From: an uncultured Nitrospiraceae bacterium
GTDB taxonomy: Bacteria > Nitrospirota > Nitrospiria > Nitrospirales > Nitrospiraceae
Reading direction: 5' to 3'
Length of the DNA: 64,000 nucleotides
Assembly: GCA_963730935.1 (NCBI GenBank)
Contig: CAVSTP010000004.1
Coordinates: forward strand, 1,376,001 to 1,440,000
This document shows, one piece after another, positions 60,304 through 64,000 of this stretch (the stretch's first letter is position 1; each line of letters starts with the position of its first letter). The notes below the pieces were generated by a model, which was given only the letters and a program-made list of their open reading frames with translations, was not told the DNA's origin and searched no databases. The translations under genes and the position numbers were made by a program.

Positions 60304-60885
60304 CTAGTCATCATCGTCAGGCGCTCCGATCTGTCCGCGAATCTCCCCTCCAGCGAAGTTGGCGGGAACGCCGGTACCCGCTGAATGCACGTTTGCGTAA
60401 GTGACGCCCGCACGGATCGCTCGGATCAGCTCAGCGAATTCACCGGGAGCGATGCCCTGTACTGCTGCTGATGCTGTCATGTTAGCGGCTGTCAAGGTCC
60501 CAGTCACAGTCCCTGATTGAGGACAGGTGGGTGCATGACCGGTCGGATCAGGATTGAGTGCAGTCTGGCAAAGAAAGACCACGATAGCACCGTTCACACC
60601 CTTTTGGGCGAAATGGATATGGGCTTGTCTGATGTCTCCCTCCAGTTCGGAATAGTGGAGGGTGTACGTCATCGAGGTGCCATCCTCACTGATTTCCACT
60701 CGGAACCTACCCCTTGCTCGAGTGGAGGTCGCCGGAACCTCTTCAACCCCCTGCAATGTTGCTCGGAAAAATTTCCCGCCATGCCCCTCCCGACTACTCA
60801 CCGGACCGGGGACCAAGACCCCAAGCATAACGAGAAGAACGGCTGGCACTAACGGTCCTATACCAAGCGGTCGCATGTTGGTCAT
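60304..60885 (-). CDS. CHRD domain exported protein
   Basis: LQGVEEVP, QAHIH, NGAIV..L, YANVHS, GEIRGQI; AAGGAGG RBS. Confidence 0.92.
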   Translation of the reverse strand: MTNMRPLGIGPLVPAVLLVMLGVLVPGPVSSREGHGGKFFRATLQGVEEVPATSTRARGRFRVEISEDGTSMTYTLHYSELEGDIRQAHIHFAQKGVNGAIVVFLCQTALNPDPTGHAPTCPQSGTVTGTLTAANMTASAAVQGIAPGEFAELIRAIRAGVTYANVHSAGTGVPANFAGGEIRGQIGAPDDDD

Positions 60886-61090
60886 GATGTTCCCCTCCTT
60901 CTTCCACAACCTTTTGCAAAAACCAGTCGCATTGTACCTGGCTGTCTTTTGACTAAAAACTGTCAAAGTTAACAGGGCATCCTCTCGCTTGTTCGACGCC
61001 TCGGGATCATTCCTTTGTCTAGCCTGCCTTCCATAATCATCAATACCTGACACGTCTGTTATGTCTTGCTCAAACCTCGGCATGTTCCAT

Positions 61091-61274
61091 TGTGAACCCG
61101 GGACACTCTGCTAGGGGTGCTATAGTCTCACCCCCAGAGTTTTCCCGAGTTGAGCACCATCCGTTCTCCGCCATAGTGAAATAGGAGCCGCATAGTCCTT
61201 CCCATCCCGCATCCCGCGTTATGGCACGGTCGGCACTCCTAGCCAGACAAAAGTTCCGCTGATCAAGGCACCCG
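61091..61274 (+). repeat. 5' non-coding region duplicated at 62735-62915
   Basis: Near-identical ~185 bp upstream of both Ig-domain genes. Confidence 0.88.
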
Positions 61275-62588
61275 ATGGTATGTCAGACCTTCTCATTGTT
61301 CTCACCCCAGCGAGGGAGCTCAATCCGTCAGATTTTTTGTACAGTCCTCTTCTCTAGTATTTGCGTCCTAGGCTTGACCGGCTGCGGTGGCGACAGTGGC
61401 CCGACCCCTGGCAGTTTGGCGGTCACCACCACCTCACTTCCCGAGCAGACAGTCAACCGTCCCTATTCGGCTTCAATGAGCGGCTCGGGAGGCGCGCCCC
61501 CTTACACGTGGTCCGTCTCGCCGGCACTTCCTGGCAATCTCTCGTTGGATGCGACAACCGGTGCGATCACCGGCACACCGACGGCGGCGGCAACGACGAC
61601 ACACACGTTTACGCTGCGCGACACCTCGGCCCCTTCACAAACCGTCGAACAGCCGCTCAACTTGACCATCGAGCCACCGCTCGCGATCACTACAACCTCC
61701 CTTCCGGACGCAAGTATCAGCTCGTCCTATAACGAGCCTGTCGAAACCGTTGGAGGTATCGGAGCCCTGAACTTTAGCCTTGTCCTCCCAGGCACAGGCA
61801 CTCTTCCCCAGAATCTCAGTCTGAATCCGACCACCGGCATCATCTCAGGAACACCGATTGCCCCAGCCGGCACCTTCCCGTTCACGGTCCGGGTTCAAGA
61901 CACAAGCGGGCAACAAGATACGAAAGATCTCTCGGTTCGTGTCACCCCTACCACTCCACCTCAGATCACGACCAACTCGCTACCGGATGGCAGAACCGGT
62001 CAGCTCTACAGTTCTAGAGTGCAGGCAACTGGAGGGATTGGAGCACTCGCCTGGACTGTCTCCGCCGGAGCTCTCCCACCGGGTCTGAATTTGAATCAAT
62101 CGACCGGCGTGATTTCGGGAACGCCGATTTTGCCGGTAGGCACCTCGTCGTTTACCGTCCGGGTTCAAGACGCAGCAGCGCAAAGCGCCACGAAAGCGCT
62201 GTCGATCACCATCAGCCTGTTCAATGTGCCAAATATCACGACCACCACGCTCCAGGGAGGAACAGTCGGTCAAGCCTATAACCAGACGTTACACGCGACT
62301 GGAGGCCTAGGGGCCCTCACTTGGAGTGTCACCAGTGGATCGCTCCCAGCGGGTCTCACGCTCAGTTCGGCTGGAACCATTTCGGGCACTCCAGCTACTG
62401 CAGAAAACTCGAATTTCAGCGTAACGGCCACAGACACATTCGGTCAGTCGGACACGCAGGGTCTCTCGATCGCCGTCAGCGCGGCCAATCCGGGGCCCGG
62501 CAATGAACCAAATCCGGGGCCCGGTAAGGGAAAAGATGAAGGGCCAGGTAAGGGAAAAGAAGAGGGGTCAGGTAAGGGACCAAAATGA
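61275..62588 (+). CDS. Lipoprotein with four He_PIG/putative Ig domains
   Basis: Lipobox LTGC; four ITT.SLP...Y......GG....W......LP.GL.L...G.ISGTP units; G/K-rich tail. Confidence 0.9.
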   Translation: MVCQTFSLFSPQRGSSIRQIFCTVLFSSICVLGLTGCGGDSGPTPGSLAVTTTSLPEQTVNRPYSASMSGSGGAPPYTWSVSPALPGNLSLDATTGAITGTPTAAATTTHTFTLRDTSAPSQTVEQPLNLTIEPPLAITTTSLPDASISSSYNEPVETVGGIGALNFSLVLPGTGTLPQNLSLNPTTGIISGTPIAPAGTFPFTVRVQDTSGQQDTKDLSVRVTPTTPPQITTNSLPDGRTGQLYSSRVQATGGIGALAWTVSAGALPPGLNLNQSTGVISGTPILPVGTSSFTVRVQDAAAQSATKALSITISLFNVPNITTTTLQGGTVGQAYNQTLHATGGLGALTWSVTSGSLPAGLTLSSAGTISGTPATAENSNFSVTATDTFGQSDTQGLSIAVSAANPGPGNEPNPGPGKGKDEGPGKGKEEGSGKGPK

Positions 62589-62915
62589 GGAGCCAGGCTA
62601 GACGCCGATGTTGGACTCCCAGAAAACTTGGATCGTTCATTGGTGGATGAAAGTAGTGGTAGCCAAGATGCGGAGGGCGGAGGGCATTCCTCAGGCTGAT
62701 GCCCCCTGCTCTGGTAAGCGTCAACCATCACGCTTGTGAACCGGACCCTCTGCTAGGTGCTATAGGTCTCACCCCCAGAGTTTTCCCGAGTTGAGCAGCA
62801 TCCGCTCTCCGCCATAGTGAAATAGGAGCCGCATAGTCCTCCCAATCCCGGATCCCGCGTTATGGCACGGTCGGCACTCCTAGCCAGATAAAAATTCCGC
62901 TGATCAAGGCATCCG

Positions 62916-64000
62916 ATGGTATGCCGGACCTTCTCATTGTTCCCGTCCCAGCGAGGAAGCCCAATCCCTCAGATTTTTTGGGGAGTCATCTTCTCTAGTA
63001 TTTACGTCCTAGGGTTGACTGGCTGCGGTGGCGACAGTGGCCCGACCCCTGGAGGTTTGGCGGTCATCACTACCTCACTTCCCGAGGGGCAAATTAACCA
63101 GCCCTATTCGGCTTCAGTGGGCGGTTCGGCAGGCACGCCGCCTTACTTGTGGTCGGTCACGCCGGCGCTTCCTACCGGACTTTCGTTCAACACGCAAAGC
63201 GGAGCAATCACCGGGACACCGAGCACGGTGGGAACCAGTTCGCATACATTTACCCTGGCAGATTCCTCGATCCCTCCACAAACGGTAGAACAATCTCTCA
63301 GCTTAACCATCAAACCTCCGCTCTCAATTACGACGACCTCGCTACCGGCCGGAAATATCGGCGCGGTCTATGGTCAGCCTATTCAAACCGTTGGTGGTTT
63401 CGGACCGCTGACCTTTAACATCGTCATCCCAGGTACAGGCACACTCCCACCGGGTTTCAATCTTGATACGACCACTGGCACGATTTCAGGAACGGCGACT
63501 GCAACTGGCAGCTTCCCGTTCACCGTCCGCGTTGCAGACACTAGTGGACAACAGGCCACGCAAGCTCTCTCGATTCGCATCGACCCGACCAACCCGCCAC
63601 AGATTACGACCACCTCGCTGCTAGCTGGCACGGTCAGTCAGCCCTACAGTCAGTCCTTGCAGGCAGCTGCTGGGATTGGCACACTTACTTGGAGTATCCC
63701 TGTGGGATCGCTCCCACCGGGTCTCACGATGTCCCCCTCGACTGGACCCAGTGTAATCATTTCAGGCACTCCAACCAGTCAAGGAGCCTTCAACTTCACG
63801 GTGAGGGTCACAGACACCTTGGGGCAGTTTGCCACCCGTGCTCTCTCGATTACGGTTAACTTGCCCAGCCCGCCTCGGATTACGACGACCTCGCTGCCCG
63901 CTGGAAGCATCGGCCAGACCTATAACCAACCTGTGCTAACCCAAGGAGGGACCGGACCGCTCACCTTTAGCATCGCCTCAGGCACATTCCCCCCCGGTCT
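62916..64000 (+). CDS. Second He_PIG Ig-domain lipoprotein (runs off window end)
   Basis: Manual translation MVCRTFSLFPSQRGSPIPQIFWGVIFSSIYVLGLTGCGGDSGPTPG...; same repeats. Confidence 0.88.
   Translation, partial: MVCRTFSLFPSQRGSPIPQIFWGVIFSSIYVLGLTGCGGDSGPTPGGLAVITTSLPEGQINQPYSASVGGSAGTPPYLWSVTPALPTGLSFNTQSGAITGTPSTVGTSSHTFTLADSSIPPQTVEQSLSLTIKPPLSITTTSLPAGNIGAVYGQPIQTVGGFGPLTFNIVIPGTGTLPPGFNLDTTTGTISGTATATGSFPFTVRVADTSGQQATQALSIRIDPTNPPQITTTSLLAGTVSQPYSQSLQAAAGIGTLTWSIPVGSLPPGLTMSPSTGPSVIISGTPTSQGAFNFTVRVTDTLGQFATRALSITVNLPSPPRITTTSLPAGSIGQTYNQPVLTQGGTGPLTFSIASGTFPPG

Noticed and set aside
61222..61237. Sigma-54 promoter (TGGCAC)
   Set aside because: GC is not at the required GG-N10-GC spacing
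50741..64000. Intact prophage or ICE
   Set aside because: No integrase, structural or conjugation genes in the window

Overview
Bacterial chromosomal window, GC-rich and probably Nitrospira-like. The taxon is inferred from gene content and style, not proven. 1-36.5 kb is a patchwork of housekeeping and accessory genes: the 5' part of hppA, Pal/OmpA, SIMPL, DUF72, DUF3443/DUF2844, a CGNR regulator with a hydrolase and MOSC gene, Kelch, AI-2E, a RuBisCO-like protein, an OPT transporter, a DUF3365 heme protein, a protease-FGE fusion and two MFS genes. At least 8 copies of a modular, hairpin-rich intergenic repeat are scattered among them. 37-48.5 kb is an accessory block with orphan RTX-type gene ends, an att-like site and a putative Pho-type module (OmpR/PhoB regulator, frameshifted OprO/P porin, frameshifted gamma-carbonic anhydrase, two divergent PstS-like genes, 11-bp-periodic boxes), followed by an HNH-like gene and an S1/P1 nuclease. 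purM-purN and tRNA-Ala(CGC) come next. From 50.7 kb to the end lies a tRNA-anchored variable region of short single-gene units separated by att-like remnants, plus Sel1 and Ig-like (He_PIG) paralogue expansions. No integrase, transposase or CRISPR array was seen.
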